This document shows positions 1 through 15,000 of a stretch of 64,000 nt of DNA, one piece after another. Positions within the stretch are counted from its first letter, which is position 1; each line of letters starts with the position of its first letter. Source of the stretch: Protoeuglena noctilucae (lineage: Eukaryota); contig OY253686.1 of the NCBI GenBank assembly GCA_958009085.1, forward strand, positions 496,001-560,000. The letters run 5' to 3'. The notes under the pieces are model-generated. The model did not search any database, was not told the DNA's origin, and saw only the letters and a program-made list of their open reading frames with translations. A program made the position numbers and the translations under genes.

Positions 1-3000
1 CATGGCCGCCGAGCTGCTCACGATCGTCCAGTCGCCGCTGGTGGCGAAGATCGAGCACGTGTTCGTGGATGCGGTGCCGTTCCAGCATCTATTCGGGTAC
101 TTTGCGGCAGATAACCGCACGTGGCGGCCGGGGCTGTTGGAGCGACTGGTGCAGCAAACGGCAGAGGAGAGTGAAATGGAAGATGCGGCGAAGGGAGACG
201 CATCGTTCGGGGACGATGCGCGGCCCGTGCAGCGCGTGGTGGTGCTGGACTGTTCCGCGGAGTCTCTGGCATTAGAAGACGTCGCGCCATTGTTAGCACA
301 TGGCGTGGCGCACCTCCCCAACGGCGCTATGGTGCAGGCCGCGGGGCCGATCGCGTTCGCCTGTGAGACGGAGACGCTCGCAGGCCTGAGCCCGGCGCTC
401 CTCGCCTCCGTCCCTTGCGTCCCGCTCACTGTACCCGTACTCGACCCGACGATTGACAGCGTGCGAAAGGACCTCTCAGCACGGTCCACGTCCTTCTCAG
501 AGCACAATGAGAAACAGGGGGCCGAGTTCCTCCATTCCCTCGCCACCTGGGCCTTCCAAGAGCTCAAGTCGCTCTCTAGGGTGGGACCGATGCACGCAGT
601 GTTGGGGCGGGCGTGCCAAGTCATGCAATCCATCTACGAAGCGACCTACCAGCACGCGAGCGCGGCGAAGGCCGAGGCGCTGCCCGATTGGGCCATCGGC
701 ATCCCCAACTTCAGCCGGACAGATGCACTGAGTTGTTGCGCGTTGGTGTATGGTGCGGTGTGGGCGATCGGCGGCTGTCTCACCCCCGATGAGGGTCAGG
801 AGTTCGAGTCTCGCGTGCGCGACACGCTCCCAAGTAATTTCTGCCGCGTCCCGCCCCCCTCCACGTCCCTCTTTCACAGCATGGTGGATGGGGTGGCGCT
901 CGCACTCGTGCCCATCCCACCTCATGGGCCCGACACCTCGCCCGTGGTGAGAATGCATGGGTGGATGTGATCGCGAGTTAGTGCTATGTTAGTGTTTACT
1001 GATCGCGATCTGGCTGTTACTTGCAAGCTACTACCAGCTACTGCATGTATCACAAAGGACTAGCTGCTTAGTACAACGCTTTGGTACCTCGGGACCGCTC
1101 GCATGCTCGGCCCGGTCCCTCGTCACCTGTTTGCCCGCTCCAAATGTTGATTCGAACCCGCGACCTCTCTCCCGCAGGTCCTGACGCGCAAGGTGGCGGT
1201 GGAGCAGGCAGCGGCGGTGGGCGAGGCTCTGACTTACGACGATCGTGTGTTTGTCCACACGGCGATGACCATGGCAGTCGAGACGGCGGCGCTCATGGCG
1301 CTAAAGAGCTTTTTGCATGTGCCGCACATGTCTGCGGCGGGCACGGAGACGCGGGAGCACTTCGCGCCCATCGTGTTGGGGCCGCCCGCCGCGGGGAAGA
1401 GCGCCCTGGTGCGGGACATCGGTGAGGGAGCGCCACCCTCCCTTACCACCCCTCCCAACAGCAACAGCACCCATTCCCACCTCTCCCACCTCCCCTCTCC
1501 CCCCCCCAGTCCTCGTCACCGGCCACCAGCTCCTGGCCGTCCCCCTCACCTCCTTCGCATCGCCAGAGAACATGTCAGGCACTCTGACCTCCTCCATGCG
1601 CAACGACAGGGGTCACGTGCTGAGGCCCATCCTGCGGCCCAAGGCGGTCATCGTGCTGGACGACCTGCATTTGCCACTGCAGGTGAGAATTGCAATTACT
1701 GAAATGCTTATATTTGTATAGTGAATTATTCTGTGATCGTGCTTGACGACCTGCTTGCGCCCTTACAAACCCTCACCCCCACTGCCACCCTCACCGCCAC
1801 CCCCACTGCCACCCTTGCAACCACCCCCACTGCCACCCTTACAACCACCCCCACTGCCACCCTTACAACCACCCCCACTGCCACTGCCACCCTTACAACC
1901 ACCCCCACTGCCACCCTTACAACCACCCCCACTGCCACCCTTACAACCACCCCCACTGCCACCCTTACAACTACCCCCAGGCCTGCGAGGGCTGCTCGGC
2001 CCACGACCTCCGCACCGACCCCGCTGCCCGCTCGGCCATGCAAGCCTCGGAGATGGTTCGGATGATGCTGGACAAGATGGCGGTGGCAGACGCCACATCG
2101 GGGGAGGCGCTGACGCTGGCCAAAGTGATGATGGCGGGGACAGCGACGCGGTCGGGGCTCTTCTTTGGGTCGAGGGGGAGGGGGGCAAGGACGCTCAACC
2201 ACACCATGTGGTGAGGGGATGCGGGATGCGATGTGGTCACCTTGTTATCGTCTTATCTCATAAATTTTGCGATAAGTATCATAATAATGACTAATTAATT
2301 ACAACACTCACGTTGTACTTGTAATATTATTGCTATTATTGCTATTAGTGATGTAAATTTTGTTGTTATTGCTATTATTGCATTTTATTTATAATAATTA
2401 TAATAACAATAATGATTTCTTACCCCTCCCCTCCCTCCCTAGCCTCTCCCTTCGCGACTTGGAGTCGTGCCACGGCCCCCGGGCGATGCTGCAGGTGTTC
2501 ATCGAAGGGCCGGTGTTCCGGGGCATCGCGTCGCGCATCCTCACGCCCGTGTTCAAGGGACTGCTGCCGCCCACCATTCTATCGAAACTGGGTGAGATGA
2601 GCGAGGGGGTGCTATCGATATCGAATGCTGTGCTCATGACACGGCTGCTTTCCCCGCCCACCGTGACTGGCTTGCTCAATCTGAAGCTGGCTGTCCACAT
2701 ACTCGTCATGGTCAATTAGTCACCCTTTTATATAAGCACACTTCACTATAAATAACATATGTACTACTATGTATACTCGTACTAATACAATATACAATAA
2801 AACATCCATATTACCCCTCTGCCCGCAGTCGAGGCCCTGAAGTGCAGCTTCCGCGACGTCGCCGACTCGGTCCTCAACCCCGCCGCCAAGGTATTCGCCC
2901 CCGTGGTCAGCCTGCACCGAATGGTGGCATCTATTGAGGGAATGCGCGCCCATTTGGAGCTCGCATTCGATGCCGAGAGAGAGGCCGGCCACGCCCGCTC

Positions 3001-6000
3001 CCTCAACGCCATCTCCAAGCTCCGCATCAGTCATCTGTTCGTGCACGAGACGTGCTTGCAAGTGGGCGCGGCGTCTCCCAGCCGGGCCGTAGCACAGCAC
3101 GTTCGCAGCGCGGTGGTGCACGCCGCCTCGCACGTCGTGGCGTTCGAGAACCACACCATGCCCGTGCACCAGGTGAGTGGGGATGGTTGGGGTATAAATA
3201 TAGGGTTTTGATTGTAATTTTTTCGCATCACCCACTCACTGTAATCCACTTACCACCCCATCTACCACCTCATCTACCGCCACCACCCCCCACATACACG
3301 ACCAGTCACCAATCACCACCACCCCTCACCCCACCACCACCACCCCCCCCCCCCCCCCCCCCCCAACCCAGGACTCTGGCGGTTCCGAGGAGATCCTCCG
3401 CACATTGACAGCGGGCGGGGAGCTATCGCAAGGCATGTTGGTGGAAGCGGGGAACAAGTTCCGACAGCGCATGGAGCAGGTGCTATCCACATCCATGTCC
3501 GTGATCAAGGGATTCGTGGACAGCGCGACGCAGTTCAACTGGGCCCCGCTGTCGCTGGCGAGGCTGGCGTGGCCGGGCGCGCATCGGCAGGTGGCGCGAC
3601 TACTGTCGATTCAACGCCTGCCCTGGCCGAGGGGCCACGCCGTGCTGGACGGGCCGCTGGGGTCCGGACGGCACAGCTGCGTGCGGCTGGCGGCGGCTTA
3701 CGCGGGCGGGGTGGTGGTGGATGTGGCGGGGCAGCGCACGCGGCCGCTCACTGCCGAGGCGGTCCTGGCACGTGCAAAGGAGGCCGTGCTCACGTGTCTG
3801 ACAGATATGAAGCGCGTCGTGATGCTCATCGACGTGGATACCGTTCCCCACGAGAGCTTGCACCCTGTGCTGCACCTGATATCGAGCGACACACTGCAGC
3901 CGGGGTTCTTGCCTGACCTGCCCCCCGGCATCGCCTCGGGCCCGGCGGCGGAGATACTGAAGGATTTGGACGAAATGTCGGCGATGGCGGCGGTGGAGCA
4001 GCAGCGCAGGGCGGAGGGGGCGGGTGCGGGTGGCAACGACGGTGGGGTGGTGGGGTCGGGCAATGGGGGTGGTGCGGTGGGGCGGGGCAGCGCGAGCGGG
4101 AACGGCAACGCGGGCGGCCGCGACGCGCTGTCGACGCGGCCCAAGGGCGACCGGGCGAGCGCGGAGGCCGAGCGGCGGATGATGGAGCAACGCGACGCGA
4201 TGAGAGCCGAGATGCGACAGACGCCTCTCATGCTCGCGCGACTGTCGCGGGCGGTGGGCAAGGCGGTGCGGGAGCACCTGCGCGTGGTGTTTCTGGTGGG
4301 GAGGGACCGGGCGCCGCGTCTGCTGTCGCAAGCGCCGGTTCTGGCGTCCCACTGCGTGGTGCAGGCGATCGAGGCCGACCAGGACTCGTATTTGGAAGAA
4401 GCGGTGGGGAACGTGGTGAGTTTGTGTAGGTGATGCGGTGTTATATTTTTACACACATATTATTTTACAGTATGTATGTTGATTTATAATTATTGCAATA
4501 ATATTAAATTACAATAAACTTGGCATTTATTGTTTATTATTTATATATTTGTTTTATTACTGTATTTCACTTATATATCATATCTTTTCCATTCCCTATC
4601 CCCCGCAGGTGGAGCAGTCTGGCTTGATGGAGGAGGATGTGGGCCTGATGGCTCTGGCCAAGGTGCAGGGCATGCAGAGCGAGGTGGAAGCCATCGAAGA
4701 GCAGTTTGCATCTCTCGTGAAATCGTCGGAACCCAAGAGCGTGTACCAGGCGGCAGCAGACATGCACCTCACGGCGGGGCGCTTTTTCGACGACCACGGC
4801 CCAAGGCTCCAGCTGTGGCCGCGGCTGTCAGCCTCCCACCTCATGGACCTCGTCGGTGAGCGGTTGGTATGAGGTGTTCTAATAATGGTTATATGTCACT
4901 GTAATAGCAACTGTAATTGACAGGCCCCGTGACCATGATATAGAGTTACCACCCCACCACCACCACCATTCCACTCCATTACCTTCCCTCACCACCACCA
5001 CCTCACCTCACTCTCACCAACCCCCCATCCCCATCCCTGCCCTCACCACCACCAACACCACCACCCTCACCAACCCCTCACCCTCACCACCACCCCTTAT
5101 CCCCACCCCCCCAACCCACCCCCCCAGGCGCCTACGTCCGCATCCTGAGCTCCGAGCTCCGCTTCATGAAGGAGCAATACGCCATGCGCACCCTCTCCCG
5201 ATCGGAGGCCGCCGCGATGCGACTGAACCTGACCATGGCGCAGCGCATGAGCGCCGAATTGGAGCCGAAGCTGGAGGCGGCGGCGGGGGAGGTGGCGTCG
5301 ACGACGGCGCAGCTGGCGGACGTGCGGCGGCGGCGGGAGCGGCTGATGACGCAGAGCGAGGCGCTGAGGGCAAAGAAAGAGGACGTCAACGACGTGCTCG
5401 ACGGGCAGCTGCAGAAGATCGAAGACGAAGTGCGCAACCGGTACCAGGCGAGGGGTCAATTGGCGATGAATGACACTGTTCAATCGAAATGAGTAACACT
5501 GTTCGAGTAAGATGTTGATCGAGGACAAAGTGCGCAACCGGTACCAGGCGAGGGGTGGTAGTTACCGCTATGTGCATGGCCATCGGTAGCCAACCCCTTC
5601 ACTACATACCATTACCAATGGTAATACCATCTGAAACGAACAATACTTATAACATCATAAACGATCAAAACCCGCACCTCCCCAGGCGTTCATGGTGTAT
5701 TCGGAGAAGCTGGCGGGCATCAGTGATACGGAGATGAAGGAGCTCAAGGCGTACTCCAATCCGCCACGGATGGTGCGGATGGTCATGCAGGCGTGGTGAG
5801 TGCGGTGGGTTTGATGGGGGTCGTGTGGTGAGTGCAAGCCATTATGCAAACCCGCACCTCTCGTCCCCATTGCCCATGACTTTGCCGCTACCCAGCAACA
5901 CGCTTCGATGCGCCTGCGACGAGCCCTTTCGAACTGTCGCTGCGACAAAGCACAATTTTTGTTATCTCACAGGTGCGTCCTCCACCAGATGCTGCCCAAC

Positions 6001-9000
6001 TGGGAGCTGGCCCGCGCCTCGCTGATCCGCAAAGCGGTGCGGCAGGCAGCGCCCACGTTCGACGTCGCGGCCGTGACGCCGCAGATGGTCCGGGACCTGC
6101 AGGTGAGGCGGAAACGGATAATTTGTGCGAATATTGCCGCGTTGGGAGCGTCCGGAAGGTGCAGGCGGGAATGCGGAGGGAGAGTTGGGTGGCGTGACAG
6201 TGGCGATGAAAACGAGCGTGGAGGACGTATGGGGCCTCGTTGGGAGCTCGTGCAGCTTGTGGATAACAACAAGACCGCATTAAACGCTTGTAGCGCATTA
6301 CTATTCGACTTTGTGTCTCATAACGCTTTCTTTCATCTTTAACATCTCACCAAGCAACCTCACCATCTCCGATGCGCATTTCTAATCAAGTTCCGCTTAT
6401 TAATAAGCCATCGTTTTCCCGCAGACGTACGTGACGGAGCCCGAGTTCCGCCCCGAGGCCGTGGCGCAGGTATCGCGGACCATCCGCGCCGTGGCCGAGT
6501 GGGTGCTGAGCGTGCACGACCTCGCCATCGCCATGTTCCAGGTCAGTTATGAGAAGGCTTGTCGTGATGCTAGTAGATGCGTGCGTTCATAGAATAGACA
6601 GAGTGGGTGCTGAGAGCGTGCCTTATGACCTGGCCATCCCCCACGTGTTTCAGGCGAGACTTGGGACGTCGATTGCCATGATCACTGTCCCTAAGATTAT
6701 TGTCAGAACTATTATCATTCATCATTGTTACCACCGCCCATCCCCCTCCCCCCGCCCCCAGGTCAAGATCTCGAGCGGCGAGCTGCAGCACAAGACGGGC
6801 TCCCTGGAGCACATCTCCGCGGTGATGCAGGCCAAGGAGGACGCCTTGGACGCTCTCGATCTGGAAGAGGTTTCTTGCAACCGCATTCTGGCGAACGCGC
6901 ACCGCACGCTGGAGGAGCTGTCGGCGAAACGGGAGCTCCTGGCGCGGTCGATCGAGCGGACGGAGAAGCTCATGAAGGCACTGGAGGCGCAGGTGAGGGG
7001 TGCTATTGTTAGTTTGATGATGAATTGAGTAGCTCATGAAGGCACTGGAGGCGCAGGTGAGGGGCGTTGTGTGATGCTTCGCGATATGTGCATACATACT
7101 CACAGTGGAGGCGCTTAAGTGACCCCATGCACTGCTCCACTCACCTCACCCCCACCCATCATGTCACTCACCCCGCTCACCCCACCCCACCCCTCACCCC
7201 CCCCCTCACCCCACTAACCAACCCCCACCTACCCCCACCCCCACTCCACCTCTCACCACCCCACCCCACCCATCACCCCCAACCTCAGGCCGCCTCGAGC
7301 GAGGACTGGCACCTGGCTTCTGACGAGCGACTGATGTGCCTGGAAGGAGACTGCCTGATGGCGGCCGCCTGCGTCACCTACCTCGGCCCTCTCCCCGCAT
7401 CGCTGAGGGATGACCTGACACGCCAGTGGAGTGCCAGTCTGACCGACCTGGCCGTGCGGCACAACCCGGACTTTACTCTTCACGATATGGTGCACGCCAC
7501 GATGTTCCGGGAGAACATTATGCCATCCACGATTCTCTTGGAGGGGTTGGAGAAGGACAATCTCGCCATGGTGTCGCTGGTGAGGTTTGTGGTGATTAGT
7601 ACTAGTAGTACTACGGGTGGCGATACTACAGCAAAAGCTTGATGGTAACTAGGTCACCACTATTATAATCGGTAGTGCAGTGATGGCCATGGGCAGTGCA
7701 ACGCTCTTAAGCCTTGTCTATGTAGCATCACATTCACTCAATGTAAGCGCTCAACTCACCTACCATCCCTCTCCCCCCACCCCCTTTCCACAGACCCACT
7801 CCATCCCCCTGCTGGTCGATCCGAGCAACCAGGCCTTAGCTGCCTTCCAAGCACTGCGCAAGGGCGTTTATTGGTATCGATTCACCTCCGCCACACCAAA
7901 CTTGGCACACGAGCTATTCAAGGTATTGCACGATGGCGGGTGCGCGCTCTTGCAGCTCCACGGCGACCCCGGGGAGCCCTCGAGGCTGCAGCCGGTGATA
8001 TCGGCGCTGCGTGCCCATTCACGTACGGCAAGCATCGTGTCGCGGTACCCCCGGCCACTCGTCGCCTACACCAACAGCCTCTGCCCCACGCTGTCGGAGG
8101 TGAGGGAAGGGAAGGGTGGGTCGGGGAGTTGGGGTGATGAATATGAAATAGAAATATATGCATGATATATGCCGATTATTGCCAAATGATGCATTAATAC
8201 GTATGTCTAAATTTGTTTGTTATGTACATATTATTGATACTAGTAATATATAATCCCAAACCTCCCGCAGACGGTGTCCGAGGCCTTCTGCGTGATCAAC
8301 TGCCTCCCCGACCAGGGCGACCTGCGCAACCGCATGCTGTCGGAAATCATGAAGCTCAAGGACCCCACGCAGGAGGCCAGGTGTGTTGGTGTGGGGAATG
8401 CTAACAATATTACTAGCAGTATTTTTGCTTTCAACAATTTTTAAAAAAATAATTTGATAATAATAAAAATAGATATCAGTTTGTAGGGTGAGTTCCCGCA
8501 CATACATCCTCCCTTACACCCCTCTTGTTACACCTTTCTTTCAGGCACCGTGAGGTGACGGCGTTGATGGACCAGAACCGCCGCACCGAAATGGACGACA
8601 GCGTTCGGCTAATGACGCTGCTCCTGCAGCACCGGTCCAAAGTGTGGCGGAGCGAGGCGGCGATGGGGGAGGTGCTGGAGGTGTGCGACCGGTTATTGGT
8701 GACGAGAGACCAGATGCAGGTGTTCCAGAGCGAGCTGCTGCGGCTGAGGGAGTTCGACAAGCGGTGAGGGACACTGTTATGAGAAAGCGTTGGCTATCAC
8801 GCTTCGTCACTTGATGGGCTCAGTTTCTATGCACTCACATTCCATTCTATCCAATTATCCATTCATCTTTCCATTTCCATCACTCCATTTCATCCCCAGC
8901 GACGAGGACCTCGCCTCCGTTGCCGCCGCCATGCACTGCCCACCACCCAGTCGCTCTCCAATAGCATATAAATTGACGATCAATTCACTTATCCAATCAT

Positions 9001-12000
9001 CTTATCCCGCTCGCCCTCTCAGCGACGAGGACCTGGCCTCCGTGGCCGCCGCCGTCTACTGTTCCGGCGCCGTGCTCTGGCGCCGCGTGCCGTCACTATT
9101 CATCGACCTCCCCGCATTCGTGGAACTATTCCGGGAAGCCAACTCCGCGCGCGCGGGGACGAGGGGAAAGGGCGCGAGGTCCTACAGCCCATCGCCGGGC
9201 AGGACGGTGCAGATGCTGTACCGGTGAGGGCGTGGTAGTACTGTTACTGTTGTCGTCATGGGTCTTTATTATCAACAAGATTGTAACAATCTCCCCTTCC
9301 CCTTTACCCCTCTCAGCGCCCTTGCCCCCAACGCCAGCAACGAGCAGGCCAACCTGCTTGCCCTCGCGTTGTCAGCCGGCCTGAGCGTGGCGAGGGGAGA
9401 AGCAACAGTCGCAGAATTGGAGTTTTTCCGGGCGTGGCTGGACGCCGCGTTTCAGAAATCGACGCAGGGGGCGATGGTGCAGGGGAGCGCGACGGACCTG
9501 GCAGCGGCGGCGAAGAGGCTCGGGGCCTGGATGGCCAAGTACCCCGTGCAGGCGCCCATGGTGAGAGCGGTTATTGGTAGTATTATTACTATTGTTATTA
9601 TTACTGTTATAGATATATGGTAGTAGCAATAGTAATGAGTGAGGGGTAGGGGAAGGCGAAGTACCCCGTGCAGGCGCCCATGGTGAGAACAGTTATTACT
9701 ATCACTATTACTTTGACTATAACTATGACCATTTCTATCACTATCACTATCACTATTACTGTTACTGTTACTGTTACTATTACTATTACTATTACTATTA
9801 CTATTACTATTACTATTACTATTACTATTACTATTACTATTACTGTTACTCGCAGATGGGCATCGGCGGCCGCGTGGCGTCCAATCTGGCGGCATGGGAG
9901 GCGGCCCTGGCCAGCAAATCCCCGGGGGACGCACTGCCAAGGCCCTACGACACGCAGCTCACGCCGTTCCAGAAGGCGAGGAGTGGCGCTGTGCGGATAT
10001 CATTTATAATTATTTAATCCTATTAATGCATTAAAAATAACTAATATATACCCTTTCTGACGGCCGCTTGCGCCCGTTGCTCGATAATTACAAATTATAT
10101 GATAATAACAATAATGTGATATTATAACTGTTCGCAGGCGGTGGTGCTAGTGATCTTGGAGCCCGAGATTCTCCCCACGGTGGCGCGGTGGTTCGCGTGG
10201 AAGCTCTTCCGCCCCACGCCCCCCAGCAGCGCCATCGAGAAGATCGTGGTGAGTGTTTGGGATGTGAGGATAGTTGTTATAACGATTGTGGTAATTTTAT
10301 GGATTATTTTCAATCATATGCAGCGGCAGTGATAAGCATGTTAATATCAACGCACCTCTCTTCTCCCCTCCCCACTGCTCCCTCTCCCCTCTATTCCCGC
10401 AGAACGTGGCCATGGCCATGCCCACGACTGTCCCCATGATGATGTACCTCAGCAACGAAATCGGAGCCGTGCCGGTGCTGGGGGCCGCCAACGCCGCATT
10501 CGAGCACAGGTGAGGGGATGCGCGATGTGTCATTGTAGTCATGCATGCTGTTGTCATGCATGCTATTTTTTTTTAGTATTCCTTATTACTACATCAAGCA
10601 ATCGTGCTAGGAAACCTCCCTCAATTCGACCCAAACTCAACCATATCCTTTCTCTTCTACAATTTTAGTATATTCCCACTCCTCCGTATCCCCAGGATCG
10701 CCCGGGAGGCCGCGACCGGCCAGCCCAGCCGCGGCAGCCTGGCCCGCACCCCCGCCACCCCCGCCGCCCCCCCCACCGCCGCCCCCGCGCCCGGCAAGCG
10801 CCTCAAGACGCCCGGGAAGGGAATCCTAGTCCGCTGCGCTGGCGAGGGCACGAGCCTGTCGATGCAAGCGACGGTGCACGAGGCGCGCAAGAGCGGGAGC
10901 TGGGTGGTGGTGCTGAATGCGGGCCACGAGCCCGACATGATGCTGACGCTGCTGGCGGCGCTGGAGAGGGACCATTCGGGGTATACCCATCCCAACTTCC
11001 GCCTCATCATATGCCTGAGTCAGCAATCGGATTGCGACCTGACATGGGCGCTCACGTCACAGGTGTGAGGGGGGTATGAGAGGGGGTTGAGATGATATGG
11101 GGATGATTTGGGGATGGGCTGAGTGTGAGGGTAGTGGGCTGTTATCATTTGACTCATCTCACCACATCTGTGGTAACAATTGCTCGTGATTGCAGGCCTG
11201 CGTACACGGTGTACGTGGAGCATTACTTGCGTTGCATCCATTAAGTTATAAATATTTAATACTCTCTACTTTGCAATCGTCGCAGGCGTACACGGTGTAC
11301 GTGGAGCTCCTCCGCAGCCCCAACAAGGACCTTTCCACGCTGCTGCACGTCTGGGAGTACATGGCGCCCAAGGTGTTCATGTGAGTGGCAGTCATTGGCA
11401 AAGACATAATTGATTTGTCAGTTGCGATGATGACGGTGTGACGGTTAGTTGGGATGGTGACAGTTGCACTGCCATCTGCCCTTATTGCCACCCCCACTGC
11501 CACCCATAACACCACCCCCACTGCCACCCCCACTGCCACCCTCAACAACACCCCCACTGCCACCCCACCTACCCCCCAACACAGGGCCACCCTGAGCATG
11601 ACTCAGAAAGCGGTTAAGCGCGCCTTCCTGAGCGTCGTGGCAGCGCATGCGTCGATATCGTGGGAACAGACGTCGTCTCACTTCAGCGCGGTTCTGGCGC
11701 CCAATGCGTCCCGGGCGTGGGTGCCCACGCTCTGGGACATGCACCGGGCCATCGCGGCCATGCAGACCATCAAGGCGAGTGTGGGAGTGGATAGTATAGT
11801 GTATATGAACGAATGACCAATGCTTTGTCCATACGATCAAGAGACTCTTTTCCGACGCCCGCATGGGCAACTTTGTGCAGTATCATAATTCACACATTAT
11901 GATAAGACAAGATAGTAACAAACAATCCCTATCCTCGTCTCCGACACCCGCAGACCTCCGCCCTCTTCTCCGACGCTCGCATGGGCGACTTTGTGCAGTG

Positions 12001-15000
12001 GTGCGGCTACGGCGCCCTGCCCCGCACCTTCATGTCCGAGCACGCCATCACCAGAACATTCGAATTCTCCCATCTCGACGATTCGAAAGCGCCGAGGACG
12101 TTCATCGCCAAGGCCATCGCGCAGGCGAGGGGGGATGGGGGGGGGGGTGTTACGCGACGTGGGATCGGGAAATAATGATTGTAGAATGGCAATGTCATGG
12201 TTACCAATAAACAACGTCTAACAATAATTAAACCCAGACAGGATACTAAAACTTGACCACAACGCCACGTCACCATCTTCAAATCCCATTATCAAGTCCC
12301 CTTAACCCCTCCCCCCATCTCCAGGCCAAGTTCCACCGCCCCCCGGAGGCCCCCTCGGACCCCTCGGTCCCGGAATCGAAAGCGACTACATTGGCGGTGA
12401 TGGTCAACGTGATCAACGAAGTGTTGCCGGAATCACTCACGTGGCCCATGGCGCTGGGGTCGGCCCACACGCCGCACCACATCGGGGACTTTGCGAGCGC
12501 GAGGGCGGTGGCGGACGCGCTCGCGTTGATGGTGGACGGGACGATGGCGGTCGACGCGGGTGAGTGGGAGTTATGGATAACTGATATAACTGATATCAGT
12601 TATATGTGGTATTGGTGGTTGGGACCACGGCTGTCCCAGAATGGCCCCCACCCCTCGTTCACATATGCCATTCATATTCATACCAATATGTACATAATTA
12701 CTCTTCCCCCCCACCCCGCAGCATGGCTTGCCGAGAACGGCCCGAACCCCCCCCCGCCACGTCGCCACCGTCGCCCCCCCCATATTGCGCGCCATCCACA
12801 AGGACAGCCCCGTCACACGCGCTCGACGTCATCGCCAGGATACAGGGGTACCTGCAGGCGCTGCAGACTGCGTCGGGTGAGCAGACGGTTTATTGATATC
12901 ATTGATAGTTAAGGTACGATTACATATTTATAGTATTGATAATTTATCATTATTACAATTGAATTACTATTACTACCATTACTACCATTACTGCTGTGCT
13001 ATATTTCACACTCCTTACCCCACCCCCCACATCCCCCCAGACGCCCTGCATGACGTGGGCGACGCCCTGACAGAGGACGCCGACGACCCCTTGCAAGTGA
13101 TCGTGGGGCCGGGACTGACCGTGGAGCATCTGGTGGTCTTGGAGGCGAACATGCTCGCAGCCGTGATCGATCCGGCAGTGCAGGACATGACCATGGTGCA
13201 CGGGGCACTGGCCGCGGGGTCCGAATGCGCGTCGCCCGTTGCAGGCGAGAGAGGGTTGGGGGGGTGTGCAGATGTGTGCGATCGTGCTTTGATAGTTATG
13301 TTCGTGCTTTGGTAGTTATACTCGATACATTTGCTCTGCGCTCTGCCCATTCACAGCCCATTCACTCATACCCCACCACCACCCTCCTCACCAACCCCCA
13401 CCCCAACCCCCCCCAACCCCCACAGCCCTGCTTGTGACCGACCGCCTCACCTGGCCCCTCCCCAACGCCTGCATCGTCACCAGCACATCCGACTGGGTGG
13501 AGGAGGTCTGCCGACGCGCGTTGTACATCAAACGACTGTCCGATCGTGCTATCCCAGGCTCAGCTGTCCCATCGTGGCGCCCCAGCCGCCCCGAGCCCAC
13601 CACCATCGCCGTCATTGACATATCCGCGCTGTGTCGCCCCGAGGCACTTTCCCTCGACATGTATGTCTATCTAAAGGAAGACATCGAGAGCGTGCCCGCG
13701 ATTGGTGCCGACGAGATGCTGCTCAAGTGTATTGTCACCGATTGCGACTATGAGGACGAGGTGGTCGATCCGAGGCCGGACGGAGTGTACCTGACGGGGG
13801 CGTATATGCTGGGGGGGATATGGGACGCGAGTGACGCCACTATGCTGCCCCACCCGACGGGCTCCACGTTGCCCCGCGTGTTTGTGCCGCTCGAGAAGGA
13901 GGTGAGAGATGGAGAGTGGGGTTAATTTTGATTTAATAGTAATAGTAATTGATAGTAGTAGGGATTGATTGGATGCTCCCGCTCGTGTTCGTGCCGCTGG
14001 CGAAGGAGGTGAGGGAGTGGGGATGATATGGTCATGAATTGATAGTGATTCGGACTGAATGGATGCTGTTGCTCGCCTCTCATCCGGTATCTGAGAAGCA
14101 AAGTGTCACCAGCACTCACTGATATTCCCATCCATATCTATATCCATACCCATATTCATATCCATGTTCTCCTCTCATCTCCTCTCATCTCCCTTGCAGT
14201 CCGAGAAGCGCCTGGTGACCGGCAAGGACCTTCACCGCCGCGCCGCCCCCGCCCCCCGCGTGCGCGACCGCCGCGCCACCGCGAGCCTCGCCATCGCACG
14301 CGCCAGCGTCATGGGATTGGGTAACGACGACGATGATGATAATGACGATAACGCGCGCGAGAGCGGGGGGTCGGATCTGGGGCCGGAGGCGGCAGTGGCG
14401 GACGACACGCCGTGGGCCCGGTTCAGTGGGGGTGGGGAGGCGAAGGGTGGTGCTGCGGGGGCGGCGGCGGCGTCCCCACGGCGCAGGGCGAAGCGGGATC
14501 CGGTTCCCTCGGAATTTTGGGCCCCTGTGGCGGCGGCGGGGGAGGGTGGGGGGCCGGGGAGCGCGATCGGGGGTGCGAGTGCGGTGGGGGCGCGGAGCAG
14601 GGCGGGAGACGGGGCGCGGGGCAACGCGGCGGCGTTTGAGGGGCGGGACTGGTCTTTCTTGGCGAGGATACCGGTCCACGCGGCGCCGGCGCTCAAGACG
14701 CCGCATCTGAGGTGAGGGAGTGATGGTGGTTCTGGGAGTGGTTGTGAGGGATGAGCGGCGTTGTTGGGGTGGTTACAGCGGGTGGCAATGAGGTGATGAA
14801 GTGGTGGGGGTGCACAAGGCAGCCAGTCTTGTCACACGGATCAACCCCCCATCACCTCATCACCTCGTCATCCCACCCCCCACCCATCGCAGGGGCACCA
14901 CGGTGCTCTACATCCAGTGCCAGACCAAGCCCTGGCTCGACACCATCCTCGGCACAGCCGCGGCCGTCCTCGCACCCCCACCACCCGCCCCCGCCCCGAC

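Noticed and set aside
1721..2294. Thr/Pro-, Pro/Leu- and Gly/Cys-repeat ORFs in several frames
   Set aside because: They are translations of the intronic minisatellite. The real dynein exon resumes at 1981.
9452..10009. Poly-NS and poly-IT ORFs
   Set aside because: They derive from the (ATTACT)n intronic microsatellite.
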